Positions 1 through 12,234 of a stretch of DNA of 64,000 nt are shown piece by piece; position 1 is the stretch's first letter, and every line of letters begins with the position of its first letter. The notes below the pieces were generated by a model that saw only the letters and a program-made list of their open reading frames with translations, did not search any database and was not told where the DNA came from. This DNA is from Perkinsus chesapeaki ATCC PRA-425 (lineage: Eukaryota; Protista; Perkinsozoa), in the NCBI GenBank assembly GCA_013115145.1, contig JAAPAO010000128.1, positions 3,440-67,439 of the forward strand, written 5' to 3'. A program made the position numbers and the translations under genes.

Positions 1-1283
1 ATCCACCGCTTCATAGTACATTGGAGATGCGGTCGCGATACGGCAACCGCTAGCGGAAACCGAATAGGGGCTCTCCATAGTGTTGTGATAGCCGCGTTTA
101 CCTTACCGCTCCTCCCGGCTACCGTCTATTACCGCGATATTGGTCGAGTGGTAACCGGGAAAGCGCGGTATTCGATAGCGGTATCCCGCGAAGTGGTCAT
201 TCGATTTTACCATTTCCCGAAAACCACACCGCGTTTACCAGGTTTTCGTTTATTTCCGGATACGTTAGAGGGGAGGAGAACAGTAACTGCATTGAAAAGT
301 CTACGTGGTTACTTCCAGCGCAAAACTGGCAGTAAGTGCAGTGTCCTGGTACTCCATATCGTAGAGTCTATGACCTTCCATTAGCATTTCAGGAGGTATC
401 CCTGAGGTATCTTATAAGACCTCTTGAGAGAAAACTAGGATGGAGCCTCCATTGTGGAGGCTGTCTGAGCTTTCACCTCAACTTCGCAAGACAGCTACGG
501 CGGCCGGTAGCAACAGTTTTGTCAAAACTAGTGTACTGTACACGAGATTCGCGGTTATGGAGAGAGGCACAGGTCAAGATTATGGTACTTGGAAAACGGG
601 GCGCACCAGGTACGATTGATGTGCCTAGGTATATTGGAAGTCGTTCACCGAATGATGTGACCGTCAAGCATGAAGTTGCGTCCCTCGAAATTCAAGGCTC
701 GAACGTATTATGACTGTTCCTCAACACAACTGACAATTAGTATATCTGATAGACCGGACTTGCGACTTTCCCAAACCCTTCGTTTCAGCAATGAGATGAG
801 AGAAGGACGGTTAACATCTATAAGGACTGCCTGTCACTATTTGATGATTGCTGAATCTGACTCGGCTTAGCATCGACTCGTTGCCAACGAGCCGTATTTC
901 GTCAATGCGTTTAAGATAATACAGTAGAGTTTCACGGTGAAACTGTCACCGGTTTTACATGTAAAACTGTTTTTCGCGTTGTGTAAATTGTGAAAAACGC
1001 GATGTGTTGTGTAGAGACGACACTTCGCGTAAGAACACTGGCGAAAAACGCAATAACGCGTTTTACACATCAATGATAACGCGTTATAAATGTACTGAAA
1101 AAAGCTATTGTCGTTTTTCAACGACAATTCAAGAAGCCTCCGGGAAATGATGGACAGGATGTCCGTGCAGTGGCAGGGACAAATGAACAGCTGGGCATGG
1201 GCAGGCGTCAGGAACAACACGACTTGATGAAGGACAGAGTATGGGTAATGACGCGTCACTGACGAGTACTTCTAAAAACAATG

Positions 1284-2020
1284 CTACCTAGCTGCTTTGA
1301 GGCTTAACCTCTTCGAAACATTCGTGTGGGAACTGGCTGTGTTGAACATCGGAAGTCTGTTGCCGTTGTGAAGCACACCATTGTATTGCGGTGACGTGAC
1401 GCCAGGCACCATCACTGTGGTGTTTCTGGCGTTCTCTTCAATCCTCTCTAACAGATAGATGCTTCTAGAGGGCACATCTCGGTCTGTTTCACGCGCCTCG
1501 AAACTAGTATCGCATGATGACTTATTATCGATAAGGCGTAAGTGTCGTCATGGAGAGCTGCGGCTCTCGGTTTGGGCGACTTCGGTGTGACCACGTCGGA
1601 ATCTGCCATCGCTCTGGCATGCAAGAGCGAGCCAAGCATGAGCCAGTAATGCTAGGAAATGGCGGGAGCACAGCCTCGTGTTGAAATAGCTCTCAAGAGC
1701 TGGACCGGTGTCGGCACGGCGGACAGTAGACTCGGCAACAGGTTGGGAGAGAGGTGGGGACAGAGTTAAAGAAGACCATAGTTACCCAAACGGATGGTGT
1801 CGGGCCGTGCGTCTGGCCGGGCCGCGTTGTGGCAGTTCGAAGGAAGGTGCTCTGCGCTTCAATGCCTGATCGGCAGCAAACTCGTACATTCGAGGCAAGC
1901 GGACTTGGTGGCTAACCTTGACAGCCAACGAGAGCCCTCCTGTGGATGTGCGGCTGCTCGGTCGATAACGCTGACAAAATGAGTAACATTAAACCTTTCT
2001 CGATGGTGAGCTATAACCGC
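1284..2020 (-). pseudogene. Internally deleted, frameshifted duplicate of the Sfi1-like/coiled-coil gene at 9265-11560
   Basis: 1135-1609 aligns by eye to ~9040-9575 and 1620-2020 to ~11170-11575; the ~1.6 kb between is missing. The join puts the ..HAWLA.. exon out of frame with the ..DSDVVTPK.. exon, and a ~14-nt insertion near 1516-1530 shifts the frame again. Confidence 0.75.
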
Positions 2021-3063
2021 TGGCCGCATGTTGGAACTAATGGGAGCTTAGCTCCGCCGTGGCATGGAAGAACTAGCACCCACTATTCTCGCATCAATGG
2101 ACTGCGACTTATGCGTCAGTGCCTAGAATTCAGTCTAACTAAGGGCATCATAATACGAATATGATATGTTGCTCCGTCGAACTGCATGAGGGTATCATGC
2201 GCGGAGCTTGCCGAAGTTGGCCCGGTAGTCGGCAACAAGGCGAAGTGTGCTAGATCGACCGTCGTCATTGATCACATGGCACAGTGTGCTCCTGTAGTTG
2301 GTCTCTAGCGAATCCATTAACACATGATGCTTGTTGTCTTTAGCTTCGGAGGGAGCTTCTGATGCTCCACCACGAGTCACTTGCTAAAGTCATGTTGATA
2401 CAAAGGTGAGCGAAACCCACTGGCAGGGGTAACGGTGAGGCTACAAGAGTTCTCACTATAGCTTCGAGACCCAAAGTAACTTTGAGACGAGTACTACCGT
2501 AGGACTTCTACGGGGATGGGCCCTGCCGCAGCGTGACAACGTGCTCTGTCTTCATGGCGGCACGCGTACACGAATGTGGACTCGCCTCGGTGGGTTGGGA
2601 TGGGATTCATCCGATGAATCCAAATGGACTGCATAAAGATTAGGGATGCACACATCATCTTACAGGATATACCTGCGAGCCTTTGTCTCGTTGTAAACTC
2701 ATTGAGGAATCTAGCCTCAGGGGCCGAATATATAATCGCGGGAGCGGCGCATCTTGCAGGCGCCTCCAAAGCTCGTTAATGAACACTTCTCGCACCGTGT
2801 ACCTGTTTTTTACCTCTACTTCGTTTTCTCGCTCTCGTCGGGTTGTGGTGATAAACTAATATCGGCAAAACAGCTCCGGACCGGACCTCCGGTAGGGGCG
2901 GTAAGCAAAGCCTCCCGAATGACTCGGGTTTTCGCTACCTCAAATTCACCCTTGAAATGCTTCGATATTCGAGACCATACATCAACAACGTGACAGCGCC
3001 TAGAATGGTCGCTTCAGGTAGACTGCACCTATGCTACACATTCAAGCTCGCTGCTCACTCCAC

Positions 3064-5084
3064 ATGATTTTATCCCTGCTTCTAGTTATCAGATGCTCAG
3101 GAGCTCCATCGCTGGTATTCGACCAAGTCATTGACCACTTTGGTGGCGCAGGTATGTATGAGGGACTCTGAGTATGCCCTCCCGTTCCAGGCATGTATTC
3201 GGATTCCTAGCTTACCTCCATTAGGTACATTCAAGCAACGTTACCTTCATTCTGATAAGTTCGTAAATGGATCGAAACCAGAAGTGAGTGATTATCCCTG
3301 CGTCAATATATCCGCCCTGTATGCAGCTAGTCATAGTGGATATTAGAGGCGAGTTCAGTGAAGACGAGATGGCCGACTTTAGCTTGGATGTATTCAACGT
3401 TGGCTTTCAAACGCAGAGCATAGTCGTTGCTTTAGAACACAGGTGAGACTCTTCGACACCTCTTTCTAGTGCCCTTCTCCATTAGGTCTTATGGTAAGTC
3501 TCGTCCGAACTCTTCCCCGACCACCCAGGATCTTCGCAAACTTCTCCAGACTAACCAAGCAATTGCGGATCTTGTTACATTCCGTGAGTTCATTGTCAAG
3601 AAATATGGTCTGAGTGGAGTAAAGTTTGTTCTGATGGGCTGCAGCTATGCAGGGGTATCCATGGACGCTTCTGTAAATCCTTTACGTCTTTGTTTCAGAG
3701 TCTAGCAGCATGGGCACGCGTTAAACATCCCGACCTGTTCCTCGGAGCCGTAGCCAGCTGTCCTGTCATAAACTTGAATTATGATTTTACTGAGTACTTT
3801 CAACTCGAGACTTATAGACTTGTACAAACTTGTCTCTATAGATACTTGGGTTTCTTAAGCGGTTTATTCAGTGATGAACGTATTGGAGGAAGCCCGGCAT
3901 GCCTCGCATTTGTATGTTGGTTGTACACCGCTGTACAATAATATGTGAGTGAATTTCAGATACGCCGAGCGAGTGGTATAATCAAGGAAAAGATAGCTAC
4001 CTCGGCTGGTAGAAGACAAATCGAGAGTGTCTTCGGCTTGCGCGCGAATTATCTCGAAGACCAGAAGACAAGATTGCTCTGGTAAGGATTTCGACGATTC
4101 ACCCAGTACGAGTGAAACACCATCTTTATTCAGGTTGAGCAGTAATAACGCCCGTTTTATGGTGCAGTCGAATGATCCATATTGTACTAAGGACCTCTGC
4201 AACATAAAGAAAAAGTGCAACTTCGTTGCTAAAAGTGACACCTCAACAGAGTGAGGCGAGGGGGTCCTCTAATAATGAGCTGCGTCCATCTTTCAAGGCA
4301 AAAAGCTTTGAAAGTCCTCGACACAATTGGATCCCCAGTGCCCGGCCAACATTCAGCTCAGGACTACAATCAACACATTAAATGGTGATTTATAGCCTAT
4401 TTCACGACGTCTTGAGTCGTCGATTTTGTCGCCCTTCATCAGGTTGAAAGATAAGTCACAGCTCAGCGATACAAGATTCAACACTTTCCAATCCTGCTCC
4501 CAGTGGGCACTGTTTCGCTCATGCAATCCTGGTTCCAAATGCCCTCTCGTTCAAGACTCAGGAATCCTTGGGATCGAACAAGCTGTTTGCCAGGATGCGT
4601 TTGGGATATCTAAAGATGATGTGATTACCTTTTAGCCACTACCTGGCTATCAGGTGAATTGTGATATCAAACGACTCAGGTGCAAAGGAATATTGCTGAA
4701 GAGATGAAGGATTTCGGAGGCGGCGGCCTGAAGGGAACTCGAAACATTATTGTTCTACTTGGTGGCATGGATCCCTGGAACGCTGTTGGAAGAACTCAAA
4801 CTACTGGACGCGGTCCAGTACAGTACCAGGTAGGAAACAACTCGCTTATGACAACTCGAACAACTCGAGAACCGACTCGCTTATGAACTTGTCTCGTAGA
4901 TACCCTTGGCCAGTCATTGCTATTGGGATAAAGCTGGGGCAACGAGGCTTGATGGAGTGAAGTCTGAATCATTTATCCTATTGCTGGTATTCATTTTTCT
5001 TTCAGACAAATTATGCGTAAGACAGTTGAGACTACTCGGTCTTGGGTTCAAGCAGATGATGGCGTGACTCCATTATTTCTTTAG
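3064..5084 (+). CDS. Secreted serine carboxypeptidase, family S28 (prolylcarboxypeptidase/thymus-specific serine protease-like), multi-exon
   Basis: Spliced by eye: signal peptide MILSLLLVIRCSG, FDQVIDHF, GTFKQRY, VVALEHRSYGKSRP, QAIADLVTF, nucleophile motif GCSYAG, LAAWARVKHPDLFLGAVAS, GGMDPW (Asp), ASHCYWD (His). Stop at 5082-5084. Confidence 0.92.
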
Positions 5085-6567
5085 TGTAAGTGGGTTACTG
5101 TTATTGTTTTCGCCCTATTTCATTTTATGTAGACCCTACACCCGCCACCTCGCTTTATCTCCTTCTCTTGAACCCCTCTTGAAGACCAACCCCTGCAGGC
5201 TCGGTAATTCCGACGCTATTATGTTCCGAGCATTTTGAAGTTCTTTCTGGTCCACCAGCTAGGTTGATGTCATCTCCTGCCAACGATGTACATAGATAAC
5301 GGTGGCAGACATCTCAGCCTTTTTTTGACTTCGAAGAGTTGCGTTGAAGCAATGCCGTTGTTGACTAGTTCGCCGGACATTCACCCTCTCTTTCTCAACT
5401 TCAAGAGTTGGACCGCGCTGAAGGGGTTGGGATCGGTTGGGCAAGCCCCGAAAGTAGCTCAGTGTGAGTAGCATTCCTTACTTGTTTTGCAATCATGAAG
5501 AGGACTGAGCAGTGATACAACATCTTCAGCATGCGAAGTTCTTATTTGAACAAGGGAACCCATAGACGCTGAGGTTGGGACTCCCAACCTTGGAAGTAAC
5601 TGTCACAAATTCGCTAATAAATTTAGCTAAGCTCAAGTCGGATTACCGCATAGAATCGTAAGACATCGTGGTAAACTACACGTTCTGTTCACCGGTGCTC
5701 GCGGTTGTCTTCCTTTTTCTGCGGTGTTCGTGAAGTCGTAAACGGTTACCGCTAGCGGCTGCCATACCGCGAGTGCATCTCTATTATATTTATTTCCATT
5801 TTATTTGCGTCATAAAATCAAGAATCTTGATTCAAGATAAAGGGTACTACTAGCAAACGGGATAATAACTATACCTTCACTTCAGTAGAGTGATGACGTA
5901 CCCGGTAGGCGCGGTACAAGCGAACCCGTTGAGCGTAACCGGGATGTCGTTACCGCGTGAGCCACGTAGCGCAACACTCGTTTACCCTGCCACAACTACT
6001 GCGGTAAGCCTAGTTGTAAGCAAGCTCATCAGGATTCGAAACGAAGTTCAAGATTTGCAACTCGCACCGAGAAGAGTGCCTCAAGACAAGCCGACAAGAG
6101 ACAAGAGTCTAACCGTCAAGAGCGCCGTTAGACGTGGCTTCCCCTGTCACCTTGCTAGCAACACAGGTGATTTCGTGCATTCATAAGCGAGTTCTGGCCG
6201 TGGCCCACGAGAGCGAGGAATCGTGGAACGTCGGAGAGAAAGTACGGAAACAAATGTTCATATATGATCGTTACACCAAAGTATCGCAATACTCTTCCGC
6301 GCGCCATCCATGACGCGGCTGCGAAGTTCACTGTAAGAATATTACTCCTGGAAGTAGCCACTGCCGACACAAATATGGAATATCTCCATCGATAGCTTCA
6401 TTCCACCCCTTAACGTTTTATCCTTGAAAACTAGATTAGCATATCACGCAGTAGTAGAATGCACACATCAGCTATTTTCTTCTCATACCTCACTGTCGAT
6501 ATAATTGGCGAGAGAACAAAACAGCAAGTAACCGGTTAGTTGGGATGAGTATATTGATCATGGAAAG

Positions 6568-7895
6568 CTAAGTTCGCCAATCTCTTGCACGTGCAATCTG
6601 GTCATCTAGTGCTTGAATGGTTGCATCTCTCGCGGTGTAAACACCGGTGTCCAAAAGGCTTTGTTTCTGAGCCTCTAGCCTTCGGATGCGCTCAGACTCG
6701 CCTCCAGCAGATGAGGCGCCGCTATCCGATTCTGATTCGGATTCTGGAACCTCCTCAACCTACATGAAATTTATACCGTATATAGAAGGGAGAATGGAAA
6801 GCAAGCACATACGTTCCACTCACCTCGACGCCTTGCTTATCCAGCTGGTTGCATAGTTGTCGAACAGCTGCTCTGAAGTGATCCCGAGACTTTGCCAAGA
6901 GAAGTTCACGTTGAGCAGCCTGTTCTAGCTGATGCTTCAGGACCTTCACATCTGCCTGCAGCTGTACCATATTCGAGGACTGTAATGTCTTGTGAGCCTG
7001 TAAATAGTACTAATCATCGCTAGCAAAAGCCTTACCTTATTAGCGCTGTCCTCGGCCTCCTTCACCTTCTTCTGGAGTTCCACTATCCTAGCCTCTGCGT
7101 CGCTTGCTCGCTTGGTCGCGATCTTTGTCTTCTCTGCTTGTAGCCGTAGCGCGTGTTCATGGTCCGTCACCAGCCGTTTCTGTGCAACTAAACGAGTTAG
7201 AGCATTCCACTAATTTGGTTCGTATAACGTATTCTCGCAGTATGTATATTCGATACGGTAGTCGTACGACTAGGACGACGAGATGCGAGTGGCCAATGCA
7301 CATGAAGTTATTAATAAACGGGGAAATAAACGTTCTTGTACATGCGTGCTCTTCATCGCGGCGTCGTAGCGTAGTAGCGACGCCATCCTTCTCCTTCTGA
7401 AGACTCTCTTCTGCAGAGAGAATGCGTACCTTAAGACGCGATGAACCTCCTGAGTCTCGGGAAGGAGGTATGCCCGAGGAACGCACTCACTTCACGCTGT
7501 TCCAAGTCGGTGGCTTTCTTCTTCAGTTTACCCTCGAGTGCCGCCAGTGATTTCATCTTCTCGACGAATTCCCGTTGTCGAGTGAGCTCCTTTGCTGTGT
7601 ACCTACTGATGCCTGTAACCCATTCCATAACAAATAATCTAGACTGCAAAAATGACGTAGGTGGTGGCTGTACCCACTCTTCATTGATGGTTCTCATCTT
7701 AGATGCCTCCTGCTCCCTTAGCCAGGCTCGGAACTTCGCCTCTTCATTCTTCTTCCATGTCTCGAGCTCGACAGCACAGATATACTCGGGCCGCAGGTTA
7801 CCCGTGGAGTCTGTCGAAAGTGTTGAATGTTGGTGAGGATAGCGTGTGCCATCAGGCAGCTCGATAATCGACAGGTCGGTAGCTGAGCTTGACAT
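6568..7895 (-). CDS. CEP120: CEP120-like centriolar coiled-coil protein (C-terminal coiled-coil part only)
   Basis: RPEYICAVELETWKKNEEAKF..EEW and LEGKLKKKATDLEQRE resemble the CEP120 coiled-coil start (EYxAALELEMWK). Last exon LEAQKQSLLDTGVYTARDATIQALDDQI matches the CEP120 terminal L..TGVY...D..I..LD.QI motif. The 5' end is uncertain. Confidence 0.72.
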
Positions 7896-9264
7896 TATTA
7901 ATCTACGCAATAATTGCGAATCCACGTCACCCCTTCCGAGCCATACTGCGATTTGTGCGATCCTAAGCTACGACTGACATTACCATGATAGCCGCTTTTC
8001 GATGCATGTCGAAATGATCCGTGGTTTTCCAAAAGACCACATCAATTCGCTTTCGATTCCCCTCGCAATTTTAACAACGAAGCTTGTACTAAACGCAGCT
8101 TCGAAACTCTTCTGGAAAACTATGTTGCGCGTATCATCAACTTCACTGAGGGCGAGCCACTATCGGTGAGATCCTTCACTAAAACGTTAGCGTGTCGATG
8201 AGCGGCATAAACTTGGGTCAACTTGAGAGTAGATTAGATATTCTCAAGTTGCAGCTCTCAAAATGCCTGTGTTCATGTGCTGTTTCTAATGTTCATAATA
8301 TTATATATGTTATACGGCGTATAATATACGCAAACGTAGACTTGGTTAAAGAACATTCGACGATCTTTGAGGCGTCAAGTTGAGGTATCAGCTTTTTCTC
8401 TGTGTCCAAATCTCTATATGGTGTAGATGAGCTACGGCCCAAATCTGAAGGGGATGTCGAGCCTGAATTTCTACTATCAGATTTGTTCGCACAGTCAACC
8501 CCCGGTCTGTAGTGGAGATACAGCTACATATACGGGGACGAGCGAACACGCTAATGATGTAAATGACCTGACCACCCGCCGATGTCATCGCTGATTGGGC
8601 TTCCAGTTCCTACTATGCAGATCCTATGGAATTGGGTAGAAATCTGCAGGATCAGCGCCGGGTGAGTGGTGGAGATGCAGAGATTCGGGAGGGAAGCTGA
8701 CTAGAGGTGACAGTAGATGACAGTAATGTGCGAGACTGCAGATCGAATGACAGGATCCGAGGGTGGAGGTCGTCTAGGCTCCGGGTGGGTCATACCTTAA
8801 AACCATTCGACTACAGCTAGTGGTCACCACTAAGTGGTGACTAGCATCCTCACCGGACCATAAGTGGAACACGAAACTGTACAGTGTTATGGAAACGCGC
8901 CTAATTAACATGGGAGGATGCTCAGCCTCCTGAGGGAGTCTTCAGCGAGCTATATGGCCTAGCAGGGAATAAGCGAATGAGGCTTGGCTCCAAGGCTACA
9001 TTCCGGCTATGGTAAGTGAAGGTCATCCATGCTCTCAAGTGGCCTCCGGGAAAATGATGGACGCCTTGTCCGTGCAGTGGCAGGGGCAGATGAGCAGCTC
9101 AGAACGCTAGCAGCTTCCAAGAATGATGCCGAGGATCGAGAGAGCCGGGAATGCTGAACAAACCAGCGCTGACCAATTTACGAGCAGAGGCGAGCATGAC
9201 CAGGCGCCAGGTAAAACAAGACTTGGTGAAGGACAAAGGGTGACGAGTACTTCTAAAAACTATG

Positions 9265-11560
9265 CTATCTAGCTGCCTTTGGGCTTACCCGCTCTGAAAG
9301 GTTCTTATGGGATCTAGCTGTGCTGAACATCGGAAGTCTGTTGCCGTTGTGAAACACACCATTGTATTGCGGTGACGTGACGCCAGGCACCATCACTGTG
9401 GCATTCCTAACATTCTCTTCAATCCTCTCTAGCAGATCGATGCTCTTAGAGGGCACATCTCGGTCTAATTCACGCGCCTCGAAATTAGTATCGCCTGATA
9501 AGGCGTAGGTGTCGTCACGAAGATCTGCGACTCCCGGTCTGGGCGACTTCGGTGTGACCAAGTCGGAATCTGACATGCAACAGCGCAACACTCAAAGTTG
9601 CTGGGCAAGACTTACCATCTCCATCGATCTTGATCAGAGTGGATTCATTCTCGTCACTTATAGATTCATGGGCTTCAACTGCTATCGGTTGTGCTACAAG
9701 AGGAGGGCCTTCTCGGCTTGCTAGTGTTATGTCGGGAGGAGGTGCCTTGCCGAGCTTGCCACGCAGTGGCTGATAAACACCTTCAGCGGTTTGGGGTCGT
9801 GATTGCCTCACCGATGGAGATCCATGCAGGGTCCTATCGAAGTTGTCCAATATTACACGAGGAGCTCTGAAATAAGAACGATCGAGACAGGCACCGAGAC
9901 GGACGGTATACGCTAGTGAAGGAAGGCTCTCCAGTGATGCGCCAACGACGCCCTTCGCTTGACGGCCCGCACCAGCGACGTTGAAGAGGCCAACGGAGTG
10001 GTTGCTGGGATAAAGAACCAGGCATGTACAGGGAGAACTCGCCGAATCTCTGGCTCACTCATCTCGATTCTCATCGGGGTAGGTGACCTTTGGGAATTCC
10101 TCGAAGGGACTCAAAGCTTCCGGACCGAGCAGCTCCCCGATGCTGTACTGTGGCTGACAGTCATGTTGATGCCCCAGCAGCTCAAGAGGGGGATCGCCAA
10201 AGCTTCGCTCCGCCAGACCATTCACAGCTTCTTCGACGTACACTCCAGCATCGGCCCCCTCGTCGGGGACTAGGTCTCCATCCTCAATCGGATGGACTGT
10301 GTACCACTGACCATTAACCAGAATAGGGGAGGGATGAACAGCTTCCCTGACACCGCACTGTTGCACGGCGAGCAGGCCGGCTTCGAGGCTCGCGAGGCGC
10401 TGCTGGACGGTGGCAGTGTCGACTTCGTCCGAATCTGGCTGGCCCATAGACCGACACTCCGCCTCCGCTAGTCTTTGATTCAGTACCCGATTTTTCCAGA
10501 GCAGCAAAGCCTAAGAACGGTAATTATAACGGTGGTGAAAATACAAGCTGTCGGCTCTGCGAAACTTTCTACCATGAGAGCGGCCAGTTTCCGCCCATCA
10601 GACGGCGCTTTCACGTCGCTGCCACACGCTGCATTAGCGACGCTTGTAGTACACTGAGTGGACGTCGATGACACAGGCAGCAATGGGCTAGTAGCAGAAG
10701 CAACCTGATAGATCCTCAGTTCAGGCTAAAAGCAGGCTATGTGCGGGGGTCTCACACTGGTGAGTCTCGGAGGGGTGAGGGTCTGCATTCCGCAGGTTCT
10801 TCTGCAAGGGCTAGTCGGCTTCTTGGACAGCAATCGCCACATCCACAGTAGAGCCTAAGGAACGCACTCCACGCGCCTAGCTGGGAGTGCGGACAGACGA
10901 CCTTCAGCATGGTCTGGTTCCGGCAGTCCATGATCTTCATTCGGCATTCTACGAAGTTCCTTCGAGCACTGGAAGTCCTTCGCCAGCAATAGAACGCGCG
11001 ACTTTGGCTCTGGAATGTCGATGTGACGATGCGGTCCTCAGAGAAACGCCGCACTGCGCTTCGCCTCCAAAACGCCCTTGTCCATCCATACCACACTGAG
11101 GCATTCGTACGGTGGGCAATACGGGCCCGGGCAAACTGCCATAGCCGCCGCTGGCCTTCGCGGCGTCTAGCAAAAGCGAGCCAAGCATGAACCAGTAATG
11201 TGAGGAAACGGCGGGAGGACAGCCTCGTGTTGAAGTAGCCTTCAAGAGCTGGACCGGTGTCGGCACGGCGGACAGCAGATTCGGCAACAGGCTGGGAGAG
11301 AGATGGGGACAGAGTTAAAGAAGAGCATGGTTACCCAAATGGATGGTGTCGCGCCGTGCGTCTGGCCGGGCGGCGTAGTGGCTGTTCGAAGGAAGGTGCT
11401 CTGCGCTTCAATGCCTGATCGGCAGCAACCTCGTACATTCGAGGTAAGCGGATCTAATGGCTACCCTCTACAGCCAACGAGAGCCCTCCTGTTGAAATGG
11501 CGCTGTTCGGTCCATAACGCTGACAAAATAAGTGACATCAAACCTTTATCGATGGTGAGC
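9265..11560 (-). CDS. Multi-exon hypothetical protein with Sfi1-like Trp-spaced helical repeats and a low-complexity C-terminus
   Basis: Exons read ..LLVHAWLAFARRREGQRRLWQF..RAFWRRSAVRR..RAFYCWRR..GAWSAFLR.., then coiled-coil and Pro/Ser-rich exons (ORFs 10055-10507, 9515-9850, 9265-9591). The 5' end may extend through ORFs 11706-11999 and 11948-12199. The Sfi1 call rests only on W periodicity. Confidence 0.55.
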
Positions 11561-12234
11561 TATAACCGCTCACCGACCTGGGAGATCGCCGAACGCTCCA
11601 TGATGCGACTTGCACTGTGCGCGCTGGCTGCCTGGGGCAAACAACCACGCGTGGCTGGAGTGGACTGAACTAGGCTTGCTCAACGGTATCAATCATTAGA
11701 ATGCATCACCGAAACTGAGCTTGCTTCCAGCCTCGATACCGATACCTCCGCGATCCTGCGAGCCAGTAGCCGGACGCCTGTGAAGCAAAGTAATCAGCAG
11801 TTGGAATGCCGCAGGAGGGGGCACCTCCAGGCTCGGCAACTGTGGCCCATTTGCCTTTGATGAGGGTGGGCTCCAGAAAGGACACTCCGCTGTCGCTAAT
11901 ATTGGAGCTGGCGGCTGCCGCGCGGGCTAGGGCGGTCATACGAGCAATCAGGAGTTCAGATAGCTGGATATATACAGTAGGGGCATGAGAAAGCAGCAAA
12001 AGTTTAGCTTAGCGTCAGCGAAAACCTGATGAAGCGACAGCTCGACAGCTTCCTGTCGAATACAGAGCTGGAGATGCTGCGGAAGTCTGTACGGTAATGG
12101 CCAGAGATCTGAGCAACCACCAGGCCAACGACCAACCTTGTGAACGCAACTGCGTAGAAAGTCACGTAAAATACGCACAAGAGGGTGAGAGCATTGCACT
12201 GTGGGAATTCACTCATTTCAATAGGTGCAGTGAT

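Noticed and set aside
85-870. Short ORFs at the window start
   Set aside because: No recognisable motifs or convincing splice pattern; they overlap low-complexity intergenic DNA.
8190-8800. Possible retroelement gag-like remnant on the minus strand
   Set aside because: Multiple stops and no RT, integrase, zinc-knuckle motif or LTR recognised; cannot be supported.
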